A stretch of 64,000 nucleotides of DNA. It comes from a virus. Shown one piece after another: positions 54,885-63,218 of this stretch (position 1 is the first letter of the stretch; every line of letters begins with the position of its first letter). A program made the position numbers and the translations under genes. The notes under the pieces are model-generated. The model did no database searches and had not been told where the DNA came from. It worked only from the letters and a program-made list of their open reading frames with translations. The DNA is taken from the IMG/VR virus record IMGVR_UViG_3300025108_004499; one strand, given 5' to 3'.

Positions 54885-55983
54885 ATAGGAAGAAATCTCC
54901 TTGTTCAATATCTAGTGTGTAATCGTGTCTAGTATTTAATCTTAATCTAATAAAACCGCCTTGTTCAAAGTCTTCACGTTGCCATACCCAGTGCGGTTCT
55001 ATTTTGTCTAATCTAATTTGTGTTTTAGGATCAAACCCTACCTTAGGAACATTTGATAATAGTCTTGCGTTTTGTCTTTTTAATTCATCTTGGAACAATG
55101 CCGCTAGTGCTTCATTAAGTTTGTCTAGCATGTCATGTAGCATGTCAGCTAACATGTAATCAGTTTCGTCTAGTGCTGTTTTCCAAATACCTTCAATGCT
55201 ATCTTTGAGTGCATCGCCTTCTAAGCCGTCAAACTCTAAAAAGTCAACACCTAAGAAGTCTGCTAGTTTTCTACGTCTTTGCATTTCTGCTTCTGAGTAT
55301 TCATCAATAGGTGTACGCTTACGCAATAGTAATAGGTTGTTGATTTGGTCTTCGCTTAGATCTAACAGTACTGGCGGTGTTGGCTTACGCATACCATGTA
55401 CTGTTGCTGTTGCCTGGAACGCTTGATTCATAATAACCATACCAGCATCTGTTTCTACAGTAATTTCTCCTACGTAGCACATGCCTGCTGTATCACAACT
55501 AGGCAATAGTGTAATCATTGACCCGCCCACTTCATCTACGACCATTACGAAGTCTGTACCACGAACACCAATAGTAGCACTAGGTGTTCTTATCTTTACA
55601 TTCTGTTTGTATTTTTTTGCAATTTGGCCACTTGCATAACGCACTGTGCCTAAACTTGCTTTGAGGGAAAGTGACCCTACATCGTTTGCTGGGTCGTATA
55701 CAAACTCGTCAATTACTAGTCTTGATTGTTCTGTAAGTTCAACTCTTGTTTCGTCAACAAAGTCAATACGCATAGTACCGTTTGCTGTAACAGCAGAGTC
55801 CATGCTTTGAACACCAACACCTGCGTCTCCTTCAATAACAACATCGCCGTCTCTTTCAAGTACACCTGATCCTTTGATCTGTCCGATCTCTCCTACATTA
55901 CCATATGCAGGTCTAGCTATAATAGCTATTACTATCAAACCTAGGAGCAGAAACCATGTATACTTGTTCGGCGCCATTGTCAT
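54823..55983 (-). CDS. FecR-domain protein
   Basis: Signal/TM, I.F.D.T.V.L.E.S.L.ID.F.YDP, IRTPSATIGVRGTDF, G.I.V. Confidence 0.88.
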   Translation of the reverse strand: MTMAPNKYTWFLLLGLIVIAIIARPAYGNVGEIGQIKGSGVLERDGDVVIEGDAGVGVQSMDSAVTANGTMRIDFVDETRVELTEQSRLVIDEFVYDPANDVGSLSLKASLGTVRYASGQIAKKYKQNVKIRTPSATIGVRGTDFVMVVDEVGGSMITLLPSCDTAGMCYVGEITVETDAGMVIMNQAFQATATVHGMRKPTPPVLLDLSEDQINNLLLLRKRTPIDEYSEAEMQRRRKLADFLGVDFLEFDGLEGDALKDSIEGIWKTALDETDYMLADMLHDMLDKLNEALAALFQDELKRQNARLLSNVPKVGFDPKTQIRLDKIEPHWVWQREDFEQGGFIRLRLNTRHDYTLDIEQGDFFLYDYRLGSEGTNSITIIQSNN

Positions 55984-55986
55984 TCC

Positions 55987-56736
55987 TTAGTCGCTTTGTG
56001 TTATATCAACGTCTTGATCATCACCAGCAAAATCAGCGTCAACCATATTATCGTTGACTCCACTTTGTGTAACTGTATAACTACTTGCACCGCCTGTAGC
56101 ATCAATTTTAACTGTGTGTCCTGCACTGTCGCCGTCACCACTTATGTTAATATCAACTACATTACCTGCACCACTTGATGTTAAATTGTTTCCACTAGCC
56201 GCACCGCCACTTGCTGTGCTTGAACTATTGTTTACAGTAACCGCAACCAATGCACTTTTGCCGTCAACGTTTGAGTTAATAACGTTTCCGTCTCCAGTGA
56301 TTGTGAATCCAATTGTAGATCCATCTGCATCAGCTGTATCGCCAATGTCAAATGTAAATGCGTTTGAATCACCTGTTGCTGTAATATTTAAAGTTATGTT
56401 TTCACAATTGGTTCCACTTGTACTATCACAACTTAAATCCACTGTGTTACTATCTCCTGTAAACACCCATGTACCAGTATAAGTGTCACCTTGGATATCT
56501 GCTACGATTGTGTTTAAGCTACCTGTTTGTGTTATAGCAAATGTCATCGAGTCACCATCTAAGTTTACGTCTGTTGTTGATGTACCGATTACGTTATTTG
56601 CTCCGTCTTGCACAATATCTAAATCTAATGTATCACCCACTTGCTCAATGTATATGTCGTTAGCCAAAGCAGGAGCCACACTAAAGATTAGTAGTACTAA
56701 TGCTGTTAAGCTATTTGAAATGTACTTTCTTGTCAT
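55987..56736 (-). CDS. Secreted curlin-like beta-solenoid protein
   Basis: Signal peptide (ALA-), IYIEQVGD..IVQDGANN, repeated TG.SN and I.Q.G; acidic and G/S/T/N-rich. Confidence 0.75.
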   Translation of the reverse strand: MTRKYISNSLTALVLLIFSVAPALANDIYIEQVGDTLDLDIVQDGANNVIGTSTTDVNLDGDSMTFAITQTGSLNTIVADIQGDTYTGTWVFTGDSNTVDLSCDSTSGTNCENITLNITATGDSNAFTFDIGDTADADGSTIGFTITGDGNVINSNVDGKSALVAVTVNNSSSTASGGAASGNNLTSSGAGNVVDINISGDGDSAGHTVKIDATGGASSYTVTQSGVNDNMVDADFAGDDQDVDITQSD

Positions 56737-57703
56737 TGTTGTCCCTCGTTGTATTTGTTATTATTTTTTCTTCAGCTTCTATAGGCCAACATAAATCTTT
56801 CTCGCTACAGTACAATCTAGCTTTAGGCCATTTTTCCAATGCATCTTTTAATGGTAATGGTCTCAGCTTAGGCACCTCGCCTTTGTATTTTGTACTGACC
56901 TCTTTAAACTTCCAAAGTCCTTCCTTTTCACCTTCATATACCAGTTGCACTACACCTGCTTCAATTGCCGCCCTTACAGCATAATTTACTGGCTCGTTAA
57001 CAGAGTAACCTGTCTCCGACTCTATCAATTTAGTTCCCATATCTAAGAACTTAAATACGTCTGCTCCAGACCTTGAACTTGCAATAGTTTTTTCTGTTGC
57101 AATACTCAATAACACCTTTCCAGTGCTAACTGATACAATTCTCATCACTACTGTGACTGTATCAACTCTATACTCAGTTTGTGCGCCTACTCCAAGATAT
57201 CTTGCACCAGCACCTCCAATAGCTACATTGCTATCGTAACCAATAATGCCGCCTTCAAGTATCAGTCCTGCAAATACCATTGGCTTTAATGCTCTTGGAC
57301 CGTTCGGTAAGTTTTTCTCGTATACTTCTCTAGTGTTACGGATCAACTGTCTTTCTTTAATCAAGTTATCCATACCTATACGTTCAACAACTTCGAACCA
57401 TGTTTTGTTGCCTATATCTTGCAGAGCTTTTATAACCCAAACCTCTGAACCTTGCGTTACTGCACTAGATAGATTAGCAATATTATCTGCAGGTTTACGT
57501 TGTCCAGTTTTATCTGAAAAACTATAAACTGCAATAGTAATTTTCTGCCCGTCTAACTCAGGAACTGCAATCATCCTGTCTGCTAATGGAGCCGGCTGTA
57601 TCCTTGGTGGACCAGCATTTTCCTTTATAGCCAGTGACTGTTGCATTGTTCCACTGCATCCAGTTAGTAACAATAAGCCTATGATAGTTAAGATCTTGTT
57701 CAA
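56711..57703 (-). CDS. csgG: CsgG-family curli secretion lipoprotein
   Basis: Lipobox LTGC; AVYSFSDKTGQRKP, SSAVTQG, WFEVVER..L..ERQLIR, EGGIIGYDSN..GGAGARYLGVG, NEPV. Confidence 0.92.
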   Translation of the reverse strand: MNKILTIIGLLLLTGCSGTMQQSLAIKENAGPPRIQPAPLADRMIAVPELDGQKITIAVYSFSDKTGQRKPADNIANLSSAVTQGSEVWVIKALQDIGNKTWFEVVERIGMDNLIKERQLIRNTREVYEKNLPNGPRALKPMVFAGLILEGGIIGYDSNVAIGGAGARYLGVGAQTEYRVDTVTVVMRIVSVSTGKVLLSIATEKTIASSRSGADVFKFLDMGTKLIESETGYSVNEPVNYAVRAAIEAGVVQLVYEGEKEGLWKFKEVSTKYKGEVPKLRPLPLKDALEKWPKARLYCSEKDLCWPIEAEEKIITNTTRDNNDKKVHFK

Positions 57704-58170
57704 AAGTTAAAATTCCCTGAGCCTGGTATTTCAATAGTAGTAGTGCTTCCATCTTCTTCAACAATGGTTAGCGTAATTGCTCCTGTTGTTGTGTCTTTAG
57801 CCCACGATATTTGCGAACCTTCGATTTCTGCTGATCCACTGTTTGCACAACTATTACCACAATCAGCGAACATACTATCTACCATTTGCTTACTTAACGT
57901 TGCGTAAATTCTTGACTCAACGTTCTTAATAAACTTATTCAGGGTAGTATTTTCTAACTCTCGTTCTAATCTTTTAGCCTCTGCGTTTGCCTCATCTTGT
58001 AAATCTTTCTTTCTATTAAATTGTAGTTGCTCAACACTTAAAACATGTGACGAGTAACCATTTCCATAATGGAAAGCTGGAGATTTAAAACCCCAAGTAA
58101 GTTCGGCGGCCACTGGCTTGCTGATTAATAACATAATTGTAACGCCTATGTATATAATACTTTTGTACAT
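57700..58170 (-). CDS. csgF: CsgF-like curli assembly protein
   Basis: Signal peptide then EL.W.FKSPAF..GNG..S.VL..EQ; F...VESRIY..LS; C-terminal DGSTTTIEIP. Confidence 0.8.
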   Translation of the reverse strand: MYKSIIYIGVTIMLLISKPVAAELTWGFKSPAFHYGNGYSSHVLSVEQLQFNRKKDLQDEANAEAKRLERELENTTLNKFIKNVESRIYATLSKQMVDSMFADCGNSCANSGSAEIEGSQISWAKDTTTGAITLTIVEEDGSTTTIEIPGSGNFNF

Positions 58171-58219
58171 TTGTCAGACTCCTATATATGATATTTATCA
58201 GATCGTAATAGTGTTGCCT

Positions 58220-58233
58220 CCCTCACGCTTTAC
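58220..58233 (-). repeat. Copy 1 of the 14-bp repeat GTARAGCGTGAGGG
   Basis: 13/14 identical to 58568-58581; both sit just downstream of TAAATA. Confidence 0.6.
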
Positions 58234-58250
58234 ACATCTATTTATATATA

Positions 58251-58270
58251 GGTGTAAATAATTTTACACC
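58251..58270. promoter_or_regulatory. Palindromic operator GGTGTAAA-TAAT-TTTACACC (TGT-N10-ACA)
   Basis: Perfect 8-bp inverted repeat between the divergent csgF and Fis-like genes. Confidence 0.6.
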
Positions 58271-58313
58271 AATATAACATACTTACGTATAGATAAGCAT
58301 ACTAAATACTTTT

Positions 58314-58544
58314 ATGACAACATATAAAGAAGAACAAGATGGATTATGGGCCGCATTAGACGAAGCATTTCCTATCAACACTAAATTACAAACAAATCTC
58401 AATGATGAAGTTACTAAACTTGAAATGAGTCGTATAAGTGAAGCACTAAGAGAACATGATGGTAATCAAACTAAAGCCGCAAAGTCTTTGGATTTAGGTA
58501 GAGTTACATTTATTGCTAAGGCAAAAAAGTACGAATTAGTTTAA
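58314..58544 (+). CDS. Stand-alone Fis-family HTH protein
   Basis: LE..RI.EAL..HDGNQTKAAKSLDLGRVTF..K.KKY. Confidence 0.88.
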   Translation: MTTYKEEQDGLWAALDEAFPINTKLQTNLNDEVTKLEMSRISEALREHDGNQTKAAKSLDLGRVTFIAKAKKYELV

Positions 58545-58567
58545 TATTATTTCTTTGTAGTGAGGCG

Positions 58568-58581
58568 CCCTCACGCTCTAC
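58568..58581 (-). repeat. Copy 2 of the 14-bp repeat, within a hairpin
   Basis: GTAGAGCGTGAGGGCGCCTCACTAC. Confidence 0.6.
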
Positions 58582-58590
58582 TATAAGTAT

Positions 58591-59277
58591 TTATTTAATC
58601 TTAGGAAAGAGCATGTCTGTGCAGAATTTATCAACGTCTGCTTCATTAAGCCCTAGGCTTTTCATTACTCTTGGGGTATGTGGATTTTGTTGCTGATTAT
58701 GGCAATAGTAGTTTTGACTTGCAATAGTTAAGTCTCTATCACCTTCGCCTGTATACTGGCCAACGGAATCAAAGTACGTTTCAAGGTTGTCAAGCGCCAG
58801 TTGAATAATAACAGTTGCTTCTTCTTCCTTTACATTGCTTGCCGCAATCATACTTGGAGTAAAGATGTTTGTTGCCCACTCGGGTAACTCACGCTTCTTT
58901 TCTGGCACAAAGTCTTGTACTGCACTCTGATACCATTGAACCATAGGGTGATCTTCTCCGCCTGAACTAGCAGAAAAATCATGGAAAGCACCAGTCATTT
59001 TAGTCTTTCCTGCAATAACGTCAAATCCGTAAATTGGACCGTTATTGTTAAGTTGTGGAAATACACAAACATGCATCATCCACAAACCTTTAGTATCTCT
59101 TGCGTCGACTACATCAATATGAGCTCTGCGAACATGTTCGTTCTCCCATACTCTGTTAATCCAACTCCCGTCAGCCTGATTAAAATGGTCCATTCCTGGT
59201 TCATTTATTTCAGTGCCGCGGGCATTGAACATTTGAATGATATCTTCTTGACAGTCGACGAGTTGATCCCAGATCAC
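58591..59277 (-). CDS. pcyX: Ferredoxin-dependent bilin reductase, PcyX/PcyA-like
   Basis: W.NRVW...RRAHIDVVD..GLWMMH.C.FP, PIYGFDVIAG..K.TGAFHDFS, RELPEWA..IF, QN.YC.NQQQNPHT; next to heme oxygenase. Confidence 0.85.
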   Translation of the reverse strand: MIWDQLVDCQEDIIQMFNARGTEINEPGMDHFNQADGSWINRVWENEHVRRAHIDVVDARDTKGLWMMHVCVFPQLNNNGPIYGFDVIAGKTKMTGAFHDFSASSGGEDHPMVQWYQSAVQDFVPEKKRELPEWATNIFTPSMIAASNVKEEEATVIIQLALDNLETYFDSVGQYTGEGDRDLTIASQNYYCHNQQQNPHTPRVMKSLGLNEADVDKFCTDMLFPKIK

Positions 59278-59296
59278 TTTACTCTCCTACTTAACT

Positions 59297-59890
59297 TTAG
59301 TAAGTGAAATTGTTTAGTTCTTCAAAAATTGCTGTTGAAAGTTCAAAAGCCTTATTAGCTTCGTCAGCCATGCTATCTTTAGTACGCTTACGAATTAATG
59401 CTTTCATTTCATCTACAGAATGATTCATATCTGCGAATGCATACATTCTACCTGATCCAGGTACTTTGTTTGCAATCATTTGTCCGCCACTCAAATCGCC
59501 CATGTGTCTTACATAAACGTGTGCAAACAATTTGTCTTTATCGTGTTGACAATTTTTTACAATGTGACTTCTGTATGCTTCTGCTGAAGGTGCTATCTGT
59601 GGTGGATTTGAACCATCTTCGGCTCCACCTAATTCTACGTAGTCTGCCCAAATATCATCTGCTTGGATTAAACCATCTAATGGTAGATCGTCATCCGGCA
59701 TTGATAAATCTTCTGGTCCAAAACAACCCATGCTTAGTGCAACATCTTCTAGGATGTCATATACTAACCACATGTTGTATAGGTATGTTTTATATTTTAC
59801 TTCGCTCATTTTGCCAGACATCATTTCTCTTGCGAATTCCTGACGTTCTGCGTTCTGATGAGCGGCTTGTGTTAGTGATGCTAAACTCAT
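59297..59890 (-). CDS. hemO: Biliverdin-producing heme oxygenase
   Basis: LT..AH..AE, AHVYVRHMGDLSGGQMI, EAN.AF. Confidence 0.92.
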   Translation of the reverse strand: MSLASLTQAAHQNAERQEFAREMMSGKMSEVKYKTYLYNMWLVYDILEDVALSMGCFGPEDLSMPDDDLPLDGLIQADDIWADYVELGGAEDGSNPPQIAPSAEAYRSHIVKNCQHDKDKLFAHVYVRHMGDLSGGQMIANKVPGSGRMYAFADMNHSVDEMKALIRKRTKDSMADEANKAFELSTAIFEELNNFTY

Positions 59891-59941
59891 TTAATTACTC
59901 CTTGTGTAATAGTTATCATTCAATTTACTAGTGTATTTATA

Positions 59942-60253
59942 CTATTCTTTTTCAATTGCCACCTGTAAAGGATAGCCATGTTCTCTAGAAATCTTAGTAC
60001 ATTCCACTGCTTTTTGTTCAGCAATCTCATATGTGTATAGTCCAACTACTGCTGAACCTTTCTCATGTATTGCCATAGTTAGTTCTTGTGCAGTTTGTGC
60101 TGAATGCCTAAAAATATCTACTAATAAATCTACAACAAAATCCATAGGAGTTTCGTTGTCGTTAGCAAAGATTACTTTGTATTTGCCCGGCTCTTGGACA
60201 ACTTCTTTAATCTTTTCTTTTACATTAATTTCTGTTTCTAGTTCTACGCTCAT
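59942..60253 (-). CDS. clpS: ClpS adaptor
   Basis: YKVIFAND..TPMDFVV..L...F, IHEKG.AVVG.YT.EIAE.K, YPL. Confidence 0.92.
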   Translation of the reverse strand: MSVELETEINVKEKIKEVVQEPGKYKVIFANDNETPMDFVVDLLVDIFRHSAQTAQELTMAIHEKGSAVVGLYTYEIAEQKAVECTKISREHGYPLQVAIEKE

Positions 60254-60271
60254 ATCATTTTCCTTTGTTTC

Positions 60272-60293
60272 GGGGGAGTTATTGCACTCCCCC
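60272..60293. other. Stable intergenic hairpin (mRNA 3' stabiliser or terminator)
   Basis: GGGGGAGT-6nt-ACTCCCCC between hsp20 and clpS; no U-tract. Confidence 0.5.
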
Positions 60294-60301
60294 TAGACTG
60301 T

Positions 60302-60760
60302 TTACTTACTTTCACCGTCAATTGTAAGACCATCATTGATCTTAATTGTTTTAGGCTTTAATGCCTCTGGCAATTCACGTTCTAAGTGAATGTTAAGCAT
60401 GCCTAGCTCAAGGCTTGCATTTTTAACATTTACATGATCTGCAAGTGTAAACTCCCTGCGGAAACTACGTCCGCCAATACCTTTGTGTAGGTAATTGACT
60501 TGTTCATCTCCTTTAGGGGCAGTTCCTTCAATCTTTAGTGTATCACCGTCTTTAGTAATATTAAGATTGTCCATACCAAAGCCAGCAACTGCGACTGAGA
60601 TCATATACTCGTCATCGTTGATTTGTGCTATGTTGTATGGTGGATACCCATTTCCGTTTGGACTATTTGCGAACTGCGTGTTCATTTGTTCAAATAATCT
60701 ATCAAAGCCTACTGTGGCTCTGTGGAAGTGTGGTAGGTCTAGAGTTGTTAGTCTTGTCAT
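60302..60760 (-). CDS. ibpA: Small heat-shock protein, IbpA-like
   Basis: VGFDRLF, YPPYNI, AVAGF, YLHKGI..RSF.R.FTLA, GML.I.L. Confidence 0.93.
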   Translation of the reverse strand: MTRLTTLDLPHFHRATVGFDRLFEQMNTQFANSPNGNGYPPYNIAQINDDEYMISVAVAGFGMDNLNITKDGDTLKIEGTAPKGDEQVNYLHKGIGGRSFRREFTLADHVNVKNASLELGMLNIHLERELPEALKPKTIKINDGLTIDGESK

Positions 60761-60842
60761 TGTTTTCTCCTTATATTAAGCAAGATTAATTTTACAGTCC
60801 CTTATGGGCACTGCATGTACATTGAGCTCTTCTCTTTGTACG
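60761..60842 (-). promoter_or_regulatory. ROSE-type RNA thermometer in the hsp20 5'UTR
   Basis: Two upstream hairpins, then TCTTGCTT-AATAT-AAGGAGA pairing the SD with a bulged G. Confidence 0.7.
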
Positions 60843-60845
60843 TTA

Positions 60846-61964
60846 TTATTTATCATCTGACGCATATACTCCATTAAATTGTTGAGTACAACGTACAAAC
60901 GTTGTGCATTTGCTAAGTTGCTTTAGCTTCAAAGCGCCTGCGTATGTGCAAGTACTACGCAAACCGCCTAGTATATCCTGCACTGTAACCGCGACATCGC
61001 CCCTATACGGAACAAAAACTTCGCGGCCTTCTGATGAACGATAGTCTTTAAGTCCACCAAAATGCTTTGTGTTAGCGGCATCACTACTCATACCGTAGAA
61101 CTGTACAAACTGTTTTTCTTGTACTTTACGTTTATGATTACTTAAATGATCGCCAACTTCATATTCTAATTCATCTGTCTGATAGTACTTGGTAATTACT
61201 TCACCGCCGCCTTGATCATGGCCAGCAAGCATACCACCGAGCATAACATAGTCTGCTCCACCTGCAAAGGCCTTAGCAACATCACCAGGGCAAGTACACC
61301 CACCGTCAGCAATAATGTGACCCCCAAGTCCATGGGCGGCATCTGCACATTCGATGACGGCAGATAACTGCGGATATCCAACACCAGTTTGTATCCGAGT
61401 AGTGCAAACACTCCCGGGACCAATACCCACTTTAACAATATCTGCTCCACTTAAAATTAACTCCTCTGTCATTTCTCCGGTAACCACGTTACCTGCTATA
61501 ATTACTATATCTGGAAACTTTTCACGTACTTTACGTACTCTTGCCGCAAAGTGATCCGAGTATCCATTTGCAATGTCCATACAAACATATTTTAAATTAT
61601 GTACTACATTGTTGTACACATCAACCAACTTATGAAAGTCAGCATCACTTGTACCAATACTCATAGCAACATTGGCTGTACGCTCTGGTATGTCACTGTT
61701 AAAGTATTCCGTAAGTTGTTCTACTGTATATGTCTTTACTAGACACGTAAAGATGTTGCCTTCAGCAAGTTTGTCTGCCATTTCAAATGTACCAACACCG
61801 TCCATGTTAGCCGCCATAATAGGAACACCTTCGTATTCTGCTTTACTGTTTCTAAATTTAAACTTGCGTTCAAGCCTAACTTGTTTGCGTGATACAAGTG
61901 TTGAACGCTTTGGACGTATTAATACATCTTTGTAGTCTAGTTTGATATCTTGATCAATCCGCAT
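60846..61964 (-). CDS. guaC: GMP reductase
   Basis: [56 protein letters not shown]. Confidence 0.93.
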   Translation of the reverse strand: MRIDQDIKLDYKDVLIRPKRSTLVSRKQVRLERKFKFRNSKAEYEGVPIMAANMDGVGTFEMADKLAEGNIFTCLVKTYTVEQLTEYFNSDIPERTANVAMSIGTSDADFHKLVDVYNNVVHNLKYVCMDIANGYSDHFAARVRKVREKFPDIVIIAGNVVTGEMTEELILSGADIVKVGIGPGSVCTTRIQTGVGYPQLSAVIECADAAHGLGGHIIADGGCTCPGDVAKAFAGGADYVMLGGMLAGHDQGGGEVITKYYQTDELEYEVGDHLSNHKRKVQEKQFVQFYGMSSDAANTKHFGGLKDYRSSEGREVFVPYRGDVAVTVQDILGGLRSTCTYAGALKLKQLSKCTTFVRCTQQFNGVYASDDK

Positions 61965-62541
61965 TTTTTGGTTTCATCCCGTAATTAAAAGAAATACTAA
62001 TTCTATCTTCGTTGGATAGGTTAGGTTGTACACTATGCTTTAACCAGCCTGGAAAGATATAAATTGCATTTGTCATTGCTTTGTATGTTGTTGCTGTACT
62101 TGTAAAGTAATTAGGCTTCTCCATAGGTGGAAGGAAATATTCAGCATTGTCACCTCTTTCAAAAAAGATGTTACCTTGCTCTGGAGTTGCTTTTACATAA
62201 TATACTCCACTAAGTATACTACCTGCATGATTATGCAAGTGATTATATGATCCTGGTGTATTTACATTGATCCAAATATTTTGAATTTCTAGTTTTGGTA
62301 TATCTGCTTGTACGGCACAATTATTAACTTGTTCTGTAATTGTTCCAACTAACTTATCAAATTCTTCGTTATCACCATGTCGCATTGGGCCACTTTGCCA
62401 ACCTATATAGTTTGATACTTGTACACCTTCGTCAAGTTGTTTACGGTCTTGAGCATATGTTTCAATTGCAGAATTATCTACACCGTCCATCATACCAGAC
62501 CAAATGACCGAAGGGAACCACTGTTCAGCAGTAAGTGCCAT
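61954..62541 (-). CDS. 2OG-Fe(II) oxygenase-like protein (TIGR02466 type)
   Basis: WINVN..G.YN..HNH...[16 protein letters not shown]....RISISFN. Confidence 0.85.
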   Translation of the reverse strand: MALTAEQWFPSVIWSGMMDGVDNSAIETYAQDRKQLDEGVQVSNYIGWQSGPMRHGDNEEFDKLVGTITEQVNNCAVQADIPKLEIQNIWINVNTPGSYNHLHNHAGSILSGVYYVKATPEQGNIFFERGDNAEYFLPPMEKPNYFTSTATTYKAMTNAIYIFPGWLKHSVQPNLSNEDRISISFNYGMKPKNAD

Positions 62542-62837
62542 TAGTAACCTCTATCGACTTTTGATTTTTCTTGTAATTTTAACCAACGCTTACGTCCAGC
62601 CGCTTTTGCTTTTTTACGTTTAGCACTAGGCTTTTCGTAGTGTTGTCTTTCTTTGTATTCTTGTAGAATACCTTCTTCTTGAACTTTCTTCTTAAAAATT
62701 CTAAGAGCTTTCATAACGTCACCGTTACGCACTTCTACATAAAGACCTCTTTTAGATGCCATTGGATCTTTGTTGTCAAAGTTACGTCTTGGTTTAAAGT
62801 TGCTTGAACCTCTTCTGTTATTATTGTTGTACGCCAA
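62541..62837 (-). CDS. rpsU: Ribosomal protein bS21 with N-terminal extension
   Basis: VEVRN.DV.KALR.FKKKV..EGIL.EYKERQHYEKPS.KRK. Confidence 0.9.
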   Translation of the reverse strand: MAYNNNNRRGSSNFKPRRNFDNKDPMASKRGLYVEVRNGDVMKALRIFKKKVQEEGILQEYKERQHYEKPSAKRKKAKAAGRKRWLKLQEKSKVDRGY

Positions 62838-63213
62838 AGTAGTTTACTCCTTCCATAAATTGTTTTAGTTCGTATATTCTATTATTATTAATTACATTAT
62901 ACACTGTTTCAGGGGTGTTTGTCAAGTAAAAAGTTTTACCAAAACCTAACAAATATCCAATAATCCAATGCGAAACATTAGTATTATCAATATCCAAAAT
63001 AATATAATCTACAACCTGTGATACTTCTATTAGCCAACCTAGGTTAACTTCTGCATTCTCATGTAAGTATAAATTTACATCATTCTCAAACTGTTGAGCA
63101 TAATGGTTAAAATTTTCTTTAATTGTATCACTAGGGTTTACTAACAACAAACTAGGATTGTCGTTGAATAGTTTATCAGGTGAAGTGATTAAGTTTAATA
63201 CAGGATCAGACAT
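62821..63213 (-). CDS. Hypothetical protein
   Basis: 130-aa ORF; TAAGTA 6 nt before the ATG. Confidence 0.6.
   Translation of the reverse strand: MSDPVLNLITSPDKLFNDNPSLLLVNPSDTIKENFNHYAQQFENDVNLYLHENAEVNLGWLIEVSQVVDYIILDIDNTNVSHWIIGYLLGFGKTFYLTNTPETVYNVINNNRIYELKQFMEGVNYFGVQQ
62896..62925 (-). promoter_or_regulatory. Sigma70-type promoter upstream of rpsU, inside the preceding ORF
   Basis: TTGACA-18-TATAAT. Confidence 0.6.
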
Positions 63214-63218
63214 TAATA

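Noticed and set aside
58591-59890. Calling the genome a cyanophage because of the bilin genes and glnA riboswitch
   Set aside because: No photosystem, hli or plant-type ferredoxin genes occur in the window; the reductase looks PcyX-like and FdxA, IbpA and ROSE look proteobacterial
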